In this document: in pieces, positions 61,512 through 64,000 of the stretch
How positions within the stretch are numbered: position 1 is the first letter of the stretch
How the letters are laid out: the number at the start of each line of letters is the position of its first letter
Origin: Pocillopora damicornis
Taxonomy: Eukaryota
Assembly (NCBI RefSeq): GCF_003704095.1
Contig: NW_020846333.1
Coordinates: 1 to 64,000 of the forward strand
Reading direction: 5' to 3'
Length of the DNA stretch: 64,000 nt
Position numbers and translations under genes: made by a program
Notes under the pieces: generated by a model
The model's input: only the letters and a program-made list of their open reading frames with translations
The model's database searches: none
Told to the model about the DNA's origin: nothing

Positions 61512-63058
61512 ACTTGTTTCGAGCAGAGTTAAGAAAATTAGAGAAAACATCAGAGGATGTGGAAAGGATCATCGCGATCGCTAAACAAGAAGTGTCGGAG
61601 GCAACTAAACACGTGATCACAAAGACGCGACAGCAAGAAAAGAAACTTTTAGAGTCCTTAGAAATGACACGTAGGAAGAGACTAGAGCGAGTTAACTCAG
61701 CTAAACAAGAACGTGAATCTCTGGTAAAACAAATAGAGCAAGCAGTTGAATTTGCGGAGAACCTGGTGCAGAAATCAGCTGCAAATATCATACAGAACAA
61801 AAACAAATTAAGGCAGAAACTTGAAGAGCTTCGTGGAGTTGAAGTTCCAAAACATCGCCAGGCTATATTTGTCAAATTTACTGCCGCATCGCAACACAAC
61901 TTTAAACTGGGATCTATTCAGGTCTTCGAGAAGCCGGCAATCGTAGCCAAATCAACCATCGAAGGACTGAATCAAACTTTTCAGGCTAATGTACAGGCAA
62001 AGTTAACGTTGTGCCCACGGACATCTGGAGGAGAGATGAGTGACTACCCTGAAGATCAAGTCGAATTCCTCGTAACACCCGCCAAAGATGTGACAAACGT
62101 GACTGTTGATGAGGAATATGACGGAAATGTTAGGCTGAACTTTACTCCCAAAGTACCTGGGGCCTACAACATTGAAGTGAAGATTAATGGCGATAAACTA
62201 CCGCCCTGTCCCATGACTGTGCAGGTAAAAGAACGTGAACTTGTCGTGGTCGGTGAGTTGAAGTTAAAGCTCTTTCCGGGGGACAAGCTTAGAGGGTTAT
62301 TTGAAATTGCTGTGAATACAGAAGGCCAGATAGTTGTGACAGATAACCTTGGCAACTGTGTTTATGTCTTTGACAAAAATGGCAACTGTTTGAGAAAAAT
62401 TGGAGGCAGGGGTAGTAACAAAGGATTATTTCAGCACCCCGTTGGCATTTCGTTTTTAAATGACAACGAGGTCCTTATTTCAGACTTCACAAATTGCAAA
62501 ATACTACAACTAAATATTCAGACAGGAACTGTGGTGAAAAGTTTTGGAAAATTCGGTAAAGAAAAAGGAGAGCTAACTAATCCAGTATACGTTACTGTGG
62601 ATGATGAAGAGCGCATTGTTGTAACCGAGAGTAGCAATCATAGGATACAGGTGATGTCAAAGGAAGGAAGATCTATTTTTACATTTGGAGACAAAGGCCC
62701 AGAGAAACTTGCACGGCCAACCTGCTGCATTTTTCACAAAAATATGTTTCTCGTATCTGATACAAGCAACCACTGCATAAAAGCTTTTGATCTGTCAGGA
62801 ACATTCTTATACAAGTTTGGCGAACAAGGGGATCAACATGGACAATTTCGAAGGCCGCGTGGTTTGCTTGTAGACAGCTCCAATAATCTTCTAGTATGTG
62901 ACACTGAAAATAAACGAGTTCAGCAGTTTTCTTTAGACGGTCGCTTCACCGGCAAATGTATCACTCCTTTACCTAAGCCTATGGCAATAACAAAAGCACC
63001 AGACGGGCGTATTCTTGTTACTAGCCATGATCAGAAAAAAGTGTACATTTTGAAATAG
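61512..63058 (+). CDS. Class A TRIM-NHL, coiled coil to C-terminus; 5' part in gap
   Basis: Open frame to KKVYILK*. Confidence 0.9.
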
Positions 63059-64000
63059 ACTTTTTCAAAAGTGAACTTTGCTTCTTGAGCCGCTGCTTAC
63101 CGGTGGTTTGTTTTATTTTTAATGCTGTTTTATCACTTGTCAGGAAGAACTCTTAGCGATAATATCTAGACTTACAATTACTCTTAGAGACAAAAACCTT
63201 TTGACTTGAAGTAATCAGCCCAGGTCTTGCAAGTTCGTCAATCTTGAGCCGTTTTAATCTTCTCCATCCCTCGCCTCTTGCCCATCCATGTATCTTAATT
63301 GATTGGTCAGGATAGATTAAGTGCGGGTATTTCAATCTAAGAAAATCTATCTTTAATGAAGCATTAATTCAAGAACAATTTATGATTGCATAATCTCACA
63401 TGTTTTTTAAAATGGGCATCTACTAGGTAATTATGTCATAGTTAGAGGTGGCTACTGACTTTCCAATTAAGCTTATTTGTTAGTTCTAAACTGTTTTGAA
63501 AAATAGTCTTGCGTTTTATTCCATACTACAAAGCGAGACAAATTAGGAATGCATTGAATAAGTAAGACTTAAAAGTTATTTTCTGTTTGTTGTAATGAAT
63601 GATTAGAAAATAAGTTTCAGTGTTAAATATAAATAACATTTTGCAATAAAGTTATTTAAAAAATTCACTCGGAAACATCCTTTCAAAAATTTCAAAATCA
63701 TCAGTACCTTGGTTTCACTGGAAAATAAAAAAAGGTTATGTCCAGTTTATTTATACTTTTAAAAAAATTGGCTATCAGGAATGTAGCATTTTTTTCATCT
63801 CTTTAGATGTTTTGAGATGTGAAAGCTTTAAGTCACTTTCTGAAGCCTTTTCTATAGGCAGGTAAAATTTTTAATTGCTTTGGCAAGCTAAAAAGGAACT
63901 AAAATAACAAAACAAACCAACAACAACAAGCAAAAACAAAAAATAAATAAATGTGCCTAAATGTATTATCCATAAACATTTATTTACAGGGGCTACATCT

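Noticed and set aside
1-64000. CRISPR arrays, prokaryotic operons or defence systems, rRNA/tRNA genes
   Set aside because: The sequence is eukaryotic (spliceosomal introns, TRIM genes, metazoan transposons). No repeat-spacer array or full tRNA cloverleaf was seen.

Overview
Animal genomic DNA from a gapped draft assembly with 17 N-gaps. The repeat content resembles a stony coral or other cnidarian (inference). Almost the whole window (about 5.5-64 kb) is a tandem array of about 19 complete, gap-truncated or decayed copies of an intronless TRIM-NHL gene (RING - B-box(es) - coiled coil - filamin - six NHL repeats; TRIM2/3/71-like architecture). There are two subfamilies: class A (one B-box, ~675 aa) and class B (two B-boxes, ~736 aa). 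Four copies are fully visible and intact (20619, 43597, 47807, 58120). Two signals stand out. (1) Amino-acid variation between paralogs concentrates on the loops of one face of the NHL propeller and is shuffled between copies in mosaic blocks. (2) The promoters carry a conserved CCAAT + ETS + STAT(GAS)/IRF(ISRE-like) cassette, with the TTCNNNGAA palindrome repeated further upstream. Together these suggest an inducible, diversifying innate-immune recognition/E3-ligase array. The window also holds two 5'-truncated IST1 fragments co-duplicated with a TRIM copy, a decayed SWIM-type transposon ORF, an RTE 3' end, a Penelope-like fragment with inverted hammerhead-like repeats, and several MITEs. Many orientation flips fall at 100-N gaps and are probably scaffolding artefacts.
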